Positions 36,101 through 48,250 of a stretch of DNA of 64,000 nt are shown here, in pieces (the stretch's first letter is position 1; each line of letters begins with the position of its first letter). The notes below the pieces were generated by a model. That model did not search any database and had not been told where the DNA came from. It saw only the letters and a program-made list of their open reading frames with translations. The DNA lies in contig JAYWIR010000016.1 of the NCBI GenBank assembly GCA_036172245.1, positions 2,852,001 through 2,916,000 of the forward strand, in the 5' to 3' direction. The DNA comes from Raillietiella orientalis (lineage: Eukaryota). The position numbers and the translations under genes were made by a program.

Positions 36101-39100
36101 TACGAAACCCGGAAGCTTCGGAGGAAGCAGATAATCTCAAAAGGAGGGAAAAGGGCGGGTTCCCGTGACGTCAGCCGAGTCGTTTGCACCGCTGTTCGGG
36201 CGTGCAGGTTACCGTTACCACCTCCACCGCCTCCGGAGATTCTCCAGAGCCATGGACGCCTCGCGTGGATCCGCTGATGGCTGTACCTAGGGACCTTGCC
36301 TAGCGTGAGCCCAAGATTGCCAGTGCACTTCGGGATGCTCCCTCCTCCCCAGGAGAACTACCTGGAAAAAAGGGAAAACCCCTCTTTCCCTCCACCAGAG
36401 CAATGTGGGCTCTCCGGAAGAGCCCACTGCTCCACGCGCATGTGCACACCCAAGCCCGTGGGAGCTGCTGCGCGGCGACCTCGCTTGTGGCTCGGGAGTT
36501 CGCCACCCACGGAAGGCGTTTCTTCAGCGGCCTTCCATCCTCCCGAAAGGCACCGGCTGCTCGCCTATGCGGATCCAGAAAGACGTGGCGTCCCCGCCGC
36601 GCGAGAGAGAGCGCGGCGGTCGCTCCTCAGTGCGCGAGGCAGGGCAGACTCTTCCGTTGTTGGGTGGGTCGTGCCTTCCTTCTCGACAATCTCCGTGTAG
36701 CGGGGAAACAGGCTCGTGCCACCCCTACTCCTGCCTCTCTCTCCTCTCCTTTTGTTCTAGGGCCAGAAGTCGAGGAATAGGGGAAGTCGAGCTCCCGGGG
36801 GGTGTCTCCGCAGCGCTTTCTGCCGGGAGGGACGACCTCGTACCCTCCTCCTCCGGCCGACGACACTCTGCGATCGGAGGAGTTCGACTTTCTCCAGCCT
36901 CCTGTTACTGACTTCCTGAGGCACCTTTCGAAAACATGGCCGAACGATCCTCTCGGGCTCGTTGACCGACCCCGTGAAGCCGCGAGGACTGCCGGAGGAC
37001 GCAGGCGCTCCCTTCCCCCTCGTTTTCCCGCGACCAACAAGGTGGAGATAGTAAGGGAGGATGTTCCGGGTCAGGTGCACACTCCTCCCAGGGGTCCACA
37101 GGTCGTCCGCCATCGGAGGCTCGGTGGTGCACTCCGAGCGTCCGATGAAGCCTCATCCGAACGCGCAAAGAGCCCCTCGTAAAGCGCAGGGGATGACTCT
37201 TGAAGTAGGGGTGATTCCTGAGAGCTGGGGATGTTCCCTCCTCGAAATTCCCCCTCCCTAAAAGGGTAAAGCTGTGCGAGGCGGGTACATCCTCGGTCAT
37301 GGTGGAGAGTCCCAGGTTATCCCGCTGGCCCCTCCGTCTTCAAGGCACGATGAGACCTCATCGACTCATGAGACCCCCAGGAGAGCGGTTCCAAGGCTAG
37401 GCACTTTTTCTTCCCCTGGCGATGTCGTAGGGATCAAACGGACGCGGTTGCTCCCCATGGAGTGCCCGCACTCCACAGATGCTTGGATGCGTGGAGCTCC
37501 AGATCACGGGGAACTCCGACACGAGACCCTTTGGACAGGGGCAGAGAGGGGTGGTTTCCGGGGACGGGCCGAGAGAGGATGCCGGACGGTGCCGCCGACG
37601 AGGGAAGGGGGACGTGGCCCAAGGGGTGGGAAGGAGGCGGCGAGATGATAGCCGACGGACCCCGGGAAAGGAATCGATCGGAAGGACTCCTTCGCTCCCC
37701 CAACGGAGGGGAGGTCCTTCCAAGCGGCGGCACGACCCTGAAGGCGAGCTTCCTGCTGCCGCTTCGGATGCGAAAGTCGGGGACCCCCACTCTGATCCAT
37801 CTCAACTCGTTCCAGGCTCGTCCCGGCAGCCTTCCAGGAAAGCCTCGAAACCAGGTAAGCACCGCCCGCTGCATGGAGCGAGGAGGACTCCAGGGGTTCG
37901 GATGGGGCCCGCGGCCAGCCGCTGCTGGCGTGCAGTGGACTCATGAGACGCCCGGGAGACGTGGATCCCCTTCTTTTCGCCCACGGAACGCGCGATGCGC
38001 TAGATGGAGGTTTTGTCCGCATCCCGCACTTGCCCTGCGGAGGGGGCGTTGCCGGCACTCAACGCCGGGGGAGTTCCGCGACCCGACATGACGGACCGGT
38101 CTCTCCCAGACTCTCCCAGGGGAAGAGTTTCCCAGGAGACAGGAGCGACCCCTTTCAGGTCCTCCCTGGGAAATGCTCCATCTTTCCTCCCTATCTCGCT
38201 TTTTTCTGCATCCCTCCGAAGCCCGCCATGAGGACAACTGTAAGTCGTTGCTGCCCAGTGGCGCTCCCTCGACCTGCCGCGCCGAAAGTCGCCGGCAAGC
38301 GTTCGCCGTCCCGCCGTGATGTATCGCGCCGCTCTTGATTGGCTTCTCTCCTCCAGGCACTCCGAAATGACCTGACCGACCGGCGGTGAAGGCTCTTTCC
38401 TACCAACTCCTTCCTTCCCATTCATTAAGGGGAGGGAAGGGGCGCCTGCGACGCATCTCGGCCTGGAGGGTCCTTCGTGGTCCTCGGATGAGCGCCTTGC
38501 GTGAAAAGGGAGGGCGGGGGGACGGATTGCGATTGCCTCGAGGACGTCACTTGAGGAGAAAAGAGCCAAGGAGGAGGACGAGGCCTCTTCGCAGGCTGAC
38601 AGCAGCGCGCCTTCCCAATCCAGAGCTCCGGAGGGAGTTCGGATGTGGAAGCGGATCTTTCTTCCTGTCGAGGTTAGCGTTCCCTCTCTGCTCCCGGCCA
38701 GGCGCCTGGCGAATCTGTCAGGAAGCGTTTCTTAGCCGAGGGGCGCCCTAGAGCGGAGCGGCTTTCCCACCTCCCTCATTAGCCTGATGCCTCAGGTGCC
38801 ACTCGCTGTAGCGTCCTGCAACTCGTCTGCAGCGCACGATTTTCGCACAGGGAAGTGAGGGGCTGGGCGAGGCCGCGGGAGTAGCCCCCATCTCCTCGGA
38901 GCACGGACGTACCCAGGTCGACTGAAGAGAGGGAGCCGCCGCAGCCACTGCCTGTCGGGGCGCGCCTATCCGTCTGGCGACAAGCAGAAGCGGCGCCCTG
39001 CCTCTTCCGACCGACACGTGAGTTGGTATGCGCTCAGGAAGACAAAGCCGTGGGCAAAAACCGAGCGTAGCATTGGACACTCCTCAGCTTCGAAGCTCTT

Positions 39101-41673
39101 CCGCCCGCCCGCCCCCGTGCTGCCGGAGGCTCTCCGCGGAGCGCCTCGTCATGCCGCTCCTCTCGGGCTGTGGGCGTTCCGCTCGTGGGACACACAGAGG
39201 TGCGGGCGTTTCCTTGGTGCACGTGACGAGACGGACTCGGCAATCCGTAAGGTTGACCCACAGCGCACGTGGCTTCGTTGGTAACCAGCAGCACCCCCGT
39301 CTGCCTTCCTTTCGGGACAGAAAAGCCCGCTTCCCCATCCTTCCGTGAGCGTTCGCAGTCGCCTCCTCGCCTCGCTTGCCGTCGTTTCCCTCCCTCCCTT
39401 CCCTCTGGGCGAGCCCGGACGCGAGCTCGAGGCGGTCGCGCGCGTCTCCCGAGGAGCTTCGCGAACCCTTCCGAAGACGCAACGCCCGCCCACGCGAGCT
39501 CGCCGTGCCCTCCTCGAAACGGTCGCGCGCCCCAAGGACACGCGAGCGGGCTTAACGGTTGCAGAGGCGCCCGCTAGGGGCGCGTGCGCTCCTGGCAGGC
39601 TTAGCGACACCGCTTCAGTTATACCTCCACGCGCACGCGCACTCCTGAGCAGCAAGAGGGATGGAGGAGGCGAACTCCTGGAGCTACAACGTCCTCGCGG
39701 AAGAGAAGCAGAGCTGCCGAACCTTGTCATCCCGGACACGGAATGCCCCCCACCCTCCCGGCCGAAACATGGGAAACTTCGGGAAGGTTTCTCCCGGCCT
39801 CCCAGAACATGAGCTTCTCATAGAAGGGAGGAAAGGAGCAGCTCCAGCCAGGGGCGTCTCAGGGAACGGAGGCGCAAGTGTGCTCCTTCTTCGACCTTTA
39901 ATCCCCATCCCCCTTAGAGCTGTGCACAGTCGCCTCTCTGGCTCTCTTGACTCCGTCCGGCGCGTTTCGATATGCGAGAAGAGAGCCAGCGGGCAAGCCT
40001 CGAACACCCCGTCCTAACAGAGGTCAGGAGGATGGCGTGCTCCAGATGCCATGGGTCCCGTCCTACGGTTTCGGGAAGGACGGTAACTGGCAGTACGGGA
40101 GCATCCATGCGCTCACATAGCGCATGCTCGCGCTCGCATCATGGACACCTGAACGCACTTCGCGGAGCCTCCCACCGGGAGAGATTGCGGGCGCGCAGGA
40201 ACGGTTGTGGTAGACGCAGCGGCGCAGAAGGAAAGCAGTGGCAGCTCATTGGACCTGCTCTTCTACTCCTCACTCTCCCATCTCACTTTCTTCGCTTGTC
40301 TCACCCCCCTCGGGTGCAGTCACCTTACGTCGCAGGTAGGTCTGAGGAGGGGAGGGCAGCGCTGCGCCTTTCCCCCTCCCACGGACCCTCCCTCCCTTCC
40401 GCACGCGGTTCCGGGAATCACCCGTTGCTGGCCACGTCAGCGGAGGCGTGCGATCACGTCGCCACCGCATCGCGCCGCGCGTGTGCCGTTTTTCTCGCAG
40501 TTCCACTTTCCTGCTTCCCCCTAGCAGCATTTGGGAATCTTTGGGCTTGGTTTCCCGGGCCCGCTGGTCGCCCATGAAGGACACAAGGTCGGCCTCTTTT
40601 CTCCAATAAGCCATCGTGGCTGACCGGTCCTGCGGTGTCGCCTCGGGACTGAGTCTTCGACTGCAGAGCGCCGAGAGCAGCAAGCGCATGCGCGCGAGCA
40701 GCAGAAGGCTTCCCCGCAGACTGGAACTCGTGAAGATGGGAAGGAGGAAGGCGAGGCGTCGGCGAGACGGCGACGTCCCTCCCCAGCCATTCCTTTCACT
40801 ACTTCCTCCTGGATGACCCAGCAGGTGTCCCCTCCCCCCCTTAGCATCCGCGCGCGCGTAACGAGGCGCGGTCGCTGCTTCTGCTGCTTCCTTGTCCTTG
40901 CTTCTGCTGTTCGACCCCTGCGGGAAGCAGAGAACGCCGTGACCTTCGTGTCTTCGCGGAAATGGAAGAGAAGCAGCCGTTCTTCGCTGTCGTGCGCAGC
41001 CCCTCCGTCCTTCGATCCCTCCTCCCCTCCTCCGGTCCGCATCTGCTGCCGCCTCTGTGTTCTGGAGATGAGAGGAACGTGCTGAGCGCGCGCCGGCGGG
41101 AAGGAGGAGGGACGCAGATGGTGAAGCGCCCGCGGTGAGCGCGGAAGGACGAACGACGGGGTGCAGGCGCGTAAGTGCGCGCGCCCGCGCATCGTGGTAT
41201 GCTGCCTCTGCGCCCTGCCGGCCGGCTACCACCAGGGGGCAGCTGCCGTCTAAAGACGTCGTACTCCAAGGAAGAGGTTCGTCGTCTCCCCGGTCTGGAG
41301 GAGCGTCGCTGCCGCCGCCCTGGAGGCCTTCGGGTCGAAGATGCTCGCATTCGTTCAGCTCTTCCCCTGAGCCGCTTCACCCACCCATCTGCGGGACCGA
41401 ATCAGGGATACCGGAGCAGAGCCACTGGGTCTCCTTACAGACGGACTGCGCGCAGTTTGCCCGCCACGCGGGCACCCAGGTGGCGCGTTGACTCAACAGC
41501 GGGGAAGCACCTTGGTGGAAGTTCCTTGACGACGGGCCGCAGCCACCCCTAGCGCGGGGCATGTTGACTCGAAACCCAGTGAGTCACACTCTCGGAGGCA
41601 GAGTCCAAACACCGACACTCCGGCATGATATGCGTTCCTTGGGTGCGCCGCGCCAGGAGAGAGGCTATGTCTG

Positions 41674-41770
41674 GATATAAAGAGGGGCGGGAGGGAGAGA
41701 AAAAGCAGCGGCGAAGTGGCTGTGCGCCTGTGTGGGAGACGCCTCCGAGACTCGCGACCACACGGTAAGG
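41674..41770 (+). promoter_or_regulatory. TATA-like box (GATATAAAG, about 41674) and non-coding first exon of LIM gene B; 5' UTR intron 41765-42745
   Basis: TATA-like element, donor ACG|GTAAGG at 41765, and polypyrimidine acceptor TTTTCCAG at 42745, five nt before the ATG. Confidence 0.6.
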
Positions 41771-42750
41771 GCGGGGAGCGATCCCCTGGGCGCAGCGCGT
41801 GGCAGGCGGGTGCAAGGAGTGAATCGGCGATCGGCTGCGCCGGGTAACCGTGTGGGGCGCGTGCGCCACGCTCGCAGCCCTCTGCCGGCCTCAGCACCGT
41901 TCAAAGGTGCGCGCGCAGCCATTGTCAGTCTCCTTCCCCTTCCCCGGACGCAGTCTCGCTCGGCTACCGCCGGGAACTCTCCGGAAGAGGGTCTCTTTGC
42001 GCCTCTGGAGAGTATCGACAAGAGGCAGGGAAAGACCTCTTCGGTGTTCTCCCTCCGCGACCGGCAGACCTTCTGCCCAACTGCCGAGTTCTCTGGTCGA
42101 TGGATGGGCTCCGGAAGGTGGTGGTGGAAACCCCGTGTTTTGGCACCGGGAACGTTCCACTCCGCGGCGCTTTCAGGAGTGCGCAGCGCGCGATGGCACT
42201 TCCGCAAGGCGACGGAGAGTAATCGGATAGCTTTCCTCCTCAGGCGTGTCTTGGACCCTCAGGTCGCACCCATAGATCGGAGAGGCGTCTGCCTTCCCGA
42301 TCTATGGAACCTTCCTCGCCCTCACCTAGAACCGGGAAGGGAGAAGGTTCCCTGATAAACCGTCCGCAGACGCCGCTCGGGAGCTCGCGCCCGGCAGAAC
42401 AGCTGCCCTTCGTACCGTCTTCGACCGACGAAAGGGATATGGAAGAACCCTGCAACCTTGCTTCCCTCCTTCCCGCTTCGTGGTACCGGGCAGGAAGGCA
42501 GCGAGGGTAGCAGGGACTCTCACACGCCCCTCGCTGTCCTGCGTCCACCAGCGTTCAGGCGTCGTTCATCCTTCGCTGCCACTCCGCCGGAATTGCGGGC
42601 AGGCGCCTGAGCGCCCCCTCTGCACTGTGGCTCCTCCCCCTTGCCACGGGCGCTCCTCCAGCATGGTCTCCCCTGCCGTACTCAGGGGTGGGCCACCGCT
42701 CTTGCAGGCAGCCCTCCAATAACTATCCCTTCCTTCCTTTTCCAGGACCC

Positions 42751-43621
42751 ATGAGCGACAAGAAACTGTGCCACGCGTGCAACCAGGCGATAGAAGGGAA
42801 GGTGAGTGGGAAGAACCGAAGATCCTTTCTCCCTCTCCTTGGAACTCCCTCTATCTTGCATTCCCATCCCTCCTCCGCCTCAGGTCACCATCGCCCTGGG
42901 CAAGGAGTGGCACCCGGACCACTTCGTCTGCGACCACTGCCACAACCCAATGGCGAGCAGCTCCTTCTACGAGAAAGATGGGAAGGCGTACTGCAAGGAG
43001 GACTACCAAAAGCTCTTTGGATCGATCTGCGCCTCTTGCGGAGAGGCCATCGAAGAGGTAATGGTCATGTCCGCTCGGGGTGGTCGCGGTCTCAGGGGAA
43101 GGGGAAGGGGCGCCCGTAACAAGGCCTTTACTCTTCTCCCCCGTCTGCAGACGGTGATCCAGGCCCTGGGCAAAACGTGGCATCCAGACCACTTCCGCTG
43201 CGCCCACTGCGGGAGCGCCTTCGGGAAGGACGGCTTTCTCGAGAAAGACGGCAGGCCGTACTGCTTCCAGGACTACGGGGAGCTCTTCGGGAACAAGTGC
43301 TTTCGGTGCCACAAGCCGGTGCTCGGGAACGCTCTGGTGGCCCTGGACCACCACTGGCACAAGGAGTGCTTCGTCTGCCAGGTGCGTCGAAGGCGGATGA
43401 TCTGCCTTCTCCGCTGAGAAGGGGTCGCGACGGGAGCGGTTTGCGTGCTCTCTCCTTCCTTCCGCGGACAAGGCGCGCCTGAGCCGGCCAGAGCCACAGT
43501 CTGAATCCTCTCCTCCCTTCCACCCCGTTCGCTTCAGGTCTGCGAGCAGCCCATCTTGCAGAGCAGCTTCTTCAAGGTCGACGGCATGCCCATGTGCCAA
43601 GAGTGCGCCAACAAGCAATGA
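42751..43621 (+). CDS. Paxillin/leupaxin-type LIM-only protein B, 3 LIM domains (exons 42751-42801, 42884-43057, 43151-43381, 43538-43621; 179 aa)
   Basis: MSDKKLCHACNQAIEGK|VTIALGKEWHPDHFVCDHC..YCKEDY..CASC..|TVIQALGKTWHPDHFRCAHC..YCFQDY..CFRC..WHKECFVCQ|VC..MCQECANKQ*. AATAAA at 43681. Confidence 0.95.
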
Positions 43622-43759
43622 CTTGCCTCCACCGCCGCCGCCGCCAGGTGCAGGCAGAAAAGGGTGGGTTGAGCTTTACGAATAAACGGAGTTTTCCAGA
43701 AGGAACTTCTCTCTCGCGCGCGCCCTCCTGGGCTGGTCGCCTGGCTGCCTCTCCCGCCT

Positions 43760-45000
43760 GCTCCTGACACTTGCGGGGCTTGCATCAGTTGGGCGGAGGG
43801 GCAGCGACAGGGAAGGGGGGAGGTGGGTGGCCGATGGTTTCCCCTAGAACGCTCGCCGCTCCCTCCTTCTTTCCCCGTCTTCCCTCACTTCTCCCTTCCC
43901 GCTAACGACCGAGGGGGAAGCCGCGACAACTGGAGAGCCGTCCGGCTTCCATCCCCCTCCCCACACACACATCTTACCCAGATAAAGGGAAACTTCAGCC
44001 CGGACGGGAGGAAGTGTGACGACCACGTTCCCGGGAAACAAGACAGTGCTCAGCGATAAGAGACTGTGTGCGCGTACGTCAAGCGCGGCTTCCTGGAAAC
44101 CTCTCTCTGAGCAAACAGGACCCTCGGAGGAGGCAGGTGGAGGTCATGACGCTTCAGAGGACGGGGCCGCAAAGGGGACAGCGGCCGCGGCGAAGAGTGG
44201 CTCTCAACAGGTCTTTTCCACGTAGTTGACTACGAAAGCTCCGGGGTGGATGCTGGGAGGCCGGTCGCGGGTCGGGTTGACCCTGACTTTCGGCAGGAAG
44301 CACGCCCAGTTTGTGACCTCGCTTCGGGTTCCCGTCCGTGGACGCGGGTCGAGCCGACGCCGGAAATGCCATGCTACCCAGCCATCCCGAGTGCGAGCAG
44401 GCAGGCCCGGGAGAGCGCCCTCGTCTCTCCTCCCGGAAGCATCTGACTCGAGCGTGCGCCGCACGAGTGCTCGCGCGCGCCCGCGTCTTTGTTGCAGGAG
44501 GGCCCCGTCTCCTCGACGCCCTTCTTGGGCCTCTTTATCCCCAAGAATGAGCTCACTGGTGCCCCCCTCCCCCCGAATGTTCCCTACGAGTAGCTAGGGG
44601 AGAGACGGCGCACGCTTCTTTGAAAAGGGGAGCGAGGAAGGGAGAGACACTCCACCAGAAGCGCCCGAAGAATTCACGGCGGAGGCGGCTATCCTGTCAA
44701 CACGTGCAGATGATCGCAGGATGGATTCCCGGAATCCCTCGAGCGTAGAGGATACCTTCCCTGGAACCTCGATTGGGTGGGAGACAGACGGATTCCCACG
44801 CATGCCCGGAAGGTGGTGAGCGTGCGCGCAAGTGAGAAGGATGCACTCGGTGGTGTTTATAGACAGACACCTGCCCTTCCCGGTGCCGGTAGGGTGCGTG
44901 GGTGCATTCAAGGGAAACTCTGGCTGGTCCATGCAGGAGGCGCTCGGATGATGGGCAAGGGATCGTCCCAGAGGATCCCATGAACGGAATGCAGCTGCTC
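43760..45000. mobile_element. Decayed ISL2EU-like element: YqaJ tail (+, about 43760-44150) tail-to-tail with transposase (-, about 44380-45000)
   Basis: Plus: HTHLTQIKGNFSPDGRKCDDHV (H.YY.QIQGQ..TGRK.CDFV-like). Minus: ARVSLECTH, QVSVYKHHRV (YSNYKHHNT-like), SPPSGH, SFLGIKRPKKGVEET and RAAHARVRCFR. Confidence 0.6.
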
Positions 45001-45389
45001 CCTTCTTTCCCTTCCTCTCCGGAGCCCTCCACGTCGGTTTCCGGAAAAAAATTTCTGCCTCAACAGGGAGTCCGGCCTTCCCTAAGCAGAGGGAGCGACC
45101 CATCTATCCATCCCTTCGTCTCCCGTCACCATGGTGGGTAGAAAGGCCGTTCCATGGAGAGCGAGTGGATCGAGACTCACCTGATTCCCGGAGAAAGCTC
45201 CCCTGGATTGTAGGAACAGGAAAAGGATCTGGACCCGGAATGGTAGGGGACTGGGGTAGCGGGGAAACCCTCTGTTTTCCAAGAAGCCCCGTGCCCCCTC
45301 CCCTCCTGTAGTTCCTGGTCCGACTCCCCGAGCAGCACGAGAGTTCTCCTGGTCTTTTCTTCTCCCTCTCGCTCGCCTCCTCGCTCCGA

Positions 45390-45900
45390 GGATCGGGTGC
45401 GAGCAGTTGGGCCCGGGAAAGCGCCCTCGTCTCTCCTCACGGAAGCGTCTGTCCTGGGCGTGTACCGCACGATTGCTCTTGCGCGCCTGCGTTCCTGCTG
45501 AGGGAGGGCTCCATCTCTTCGACACCCTTCGAGGGTCTCCCTGCTCCCAGGAAGGAGCACCGGCATGTCTCCCGGGAAACGGCAAGGAGGTGGCGACACA
45601 GTGCGTCCGGGTTCCCAGTTTGAGCGCTCCGCTGAACGGGTGCGATCTCTGGTGATGCCATTGTTGGCTCTGGAGTAACCCAGCAGCAGCGTCCCATCCA
45701 GGACACACCACTTCTTTTTCTCTTCCACCTCTGCGAGCCGGTTGCAACCCATCTCTTTGACAGGGGAGTGAAGGGGACGAAAGATGGCTGCTGTGCTTGT
45801 CCGTGAGTCCATTCTACATCCACTGTGGAGCTCTCTCTAGAGAGAAAATAAGCACTGAGGGTGCAGCAGGTGAGATAAGGGTCGGATGGGGAGTCCCTGG
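45390..45900 (-). mobile_element. Second tandem decayed transposase; 45394-45563 is a diverged direct repeat of 44388-44557
   Basis: Shared DNA such as GGCCCGGGA.AGCGCCCTCGTCTCTCCTC.CGGAAGC. Translation includes STVDVEWTHGQAQQPS, GVSWMGRCCWVT and SFLGAGRPSKGVEEM. Confidence 0.55.
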
Positions 45901-47439
45901 CAACGCTGCTGCGCTGCTGCACACTGCGCTCCTTCGCGAGTCTGCATCCTGCGACTGTTATCTCGCGTGAGCGCGCGAGACCCCGCAGAGAGAAAGTTCC
46001 CCCGAAAAGGACGCCTCCTGCGGTCTCAAGGTACCTCTCCTCCTTCCACAGGATAGTTTCGGAGAAGAGAAGGAAGGAGGCGCCTGTGGGTTGAGATCAC
46101 ATCGTGAGTCTCATGTGGGAAACGGGGGCGACGCCCTGGCACGGGAGCTGAGAGAGCTGTAGCCAGGAAGCCAGGACCGATCTGGGGGAGACCTCTACTT
46201 CCTACTAGAGGCGAAGAAATCCTGTTTGGAGGGGGGGGGAGGGGGAGAAGTCGGCAGATGCCTCTAAAGGAAGATGCTCACTCTCTAGGCATGCGCAGAC
46301 AGCTTCTCTATGGATGGATGTTTCGTCAGCTTTTCAGAGCCAACTCTCCCCTCAGGCAGTCTCGCTGCGTTTTTGGAGTCTTCCGTGGCGCCTCCTTTCT
46401 CTTCCCCTCTCCTTTCCCACGCTCTTTTCCTCCTCCTCCATCGTGTTGTGTGGGCGGAAAAAGGCGTGGCTCGCCGCACGGGGTGGGCCCTTATTCAGAG
46501 CGAAGGACCCCACGGCGGATGGGAGGGTGAGACAAGAGAGAGCACTCCAGGTAGAGAGCGGATCAGAGATAACAGCATCCCCGTGGGGCGGACGCCGGGA
46601 GCAACAAATTCGGGGACGCAAATGCTCGAGGACAAGCAAAAATCCCCAACTGCCCCAGGGAGGGGGAGAGTCTCCCACAACGCCATGGTTCTCCACAGAG
46701 GTTTCTTCATAGCTCAATTCCAATGTCCTGGTTTTCCCGTGGAAAGCCGACGCTCACCCTGGTAAGGGTCTGAAACTTCCTGGAAGTGCCTCAGGAGCTC
46801 GCGATTGCCCCGTCGCCTGCTCCTGGTGTGACCACTCTTTGGAAAGGAAAGAAGGACAGAGGAACGCAGACTCCTCCTCCTCCGTCGCCTCATATTCCTT
46901 CCCCTTTTGAACTCCTCTTCCTCTCTCTTACTACCAATTTCAACCCCTAATCGTTCGGGATGTTCTTTTTCTGAGCCTCCTAGTGGGTGACAATCCCAAT
47001 AATCTCGACACTTGCTGGTGCTCTCACAGGAAGTGTTGCTCAACGGATGTCTAGGGATTGATAGGGTCCGGAGGAAGGAAAAAGGAAAGGAAAGCAGCCT
47101 CCACCACACACAAAGAGAGCCCACGCAGTTAACGACGCTACCATTCATGCACATGTGTGGAGACCACAAGGTTCTTCCCCTCGAGTTGGGGTGTAGATTC
47201 CCCGCACACCGGCGGAGCATCGGACGCTGCCTCCATCCTGCAGAACCGAAAGGAACCGGTGATGGGTCCTAGGGTCAACTTCACTCCTCCCCCTCCGCGA
47301 TGCGATGCAGCTGGACCGCGGAGATCCGAGATTGAGGTGGAGATCTGTACATAGAACGAGGTGCTCTATGGATGATGAGATCCACTCCAGAGCAACACGC
47401 TTCAGGCTGTTGGCACGAACGCTAGACTGCCTGAAAATA

Positions 47440-48250
47440 ATGACAAGAATCAATGGCTGCAGGCATGTGAGTTAAATACTCAGGATCTCTTGAAATTGTC
47501 TCATCACATGGAGTTTCAGATCCTTAGACTCTGCATCTTAGGGAACCCAAGGTCGTGATTGTTACGAACTTCCTTGTGAACGGACTGACCGATGGTTAGT
47601 CTCTCTTGTAGATGAGAAAAACAAATCATGAGGGCGCATCTGTAGCATTTTAGATCAACTTTCGAATCAACTGATGCCAATCATAATTCTAGGCGATCAC
47701 AAGGAACAAGCTCCAGTCCAGGAGAGTTATCGGCGTCAGTTGCTGCAGGAGGCTTCCCGAATGTGCTAAGGAGAAACGCACCATTCACTTCTAGAGGCAC
47801 CAAGTACCTTCTTCCACACTTTGTAGATTCCACAATTTTGAACTCCGTGATTGCAATCACGAAATTTGGCTTGAAAAACTCCTTTCTCGGATTATTGAAT
47901 GAGTTCATCTGCATGACAGATTCATTGTGTATAGAATGTTTCAAATCTACGCTCTTAAAATGCTCTTTGTTGAAGTCTCGAATTTGAAAATATGTGATTA
48001 TTTTGTGTTTGTTCAGCTGCTCACATATATGGTTGGTCTAAGAACATACTTTTCTAGTCGATATTGATTAGCAATTTCGGAGTGGGGTCAATAGTTTTAA
48101 AGAGAGGAATTATTTTGAATAATTGCAGTCCATATATTTATGACTCATCTTTTTCTAAGCACTCTTTTCTTAATTCATAATAAAGATCTTTGCATTCCTT
48201 AAGTAAGAGTAGACGACACGACTGTATGGAGAGCTCTGAAAAAGCAAATC
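47440..48250 (-). mobile_element. Decayed ISL2EU-type transposase (AT-rich copy)
   Basis: HSEIANQYRL (HTH-like), FFKPNFVIAITEFKIVES (YPN.RVIIDCTEFKIE-like), FGKPPAATDADNSPG and DLKLHVMRQFQEI (LRIHVERAIQRI-like). Confidence 0.55.
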
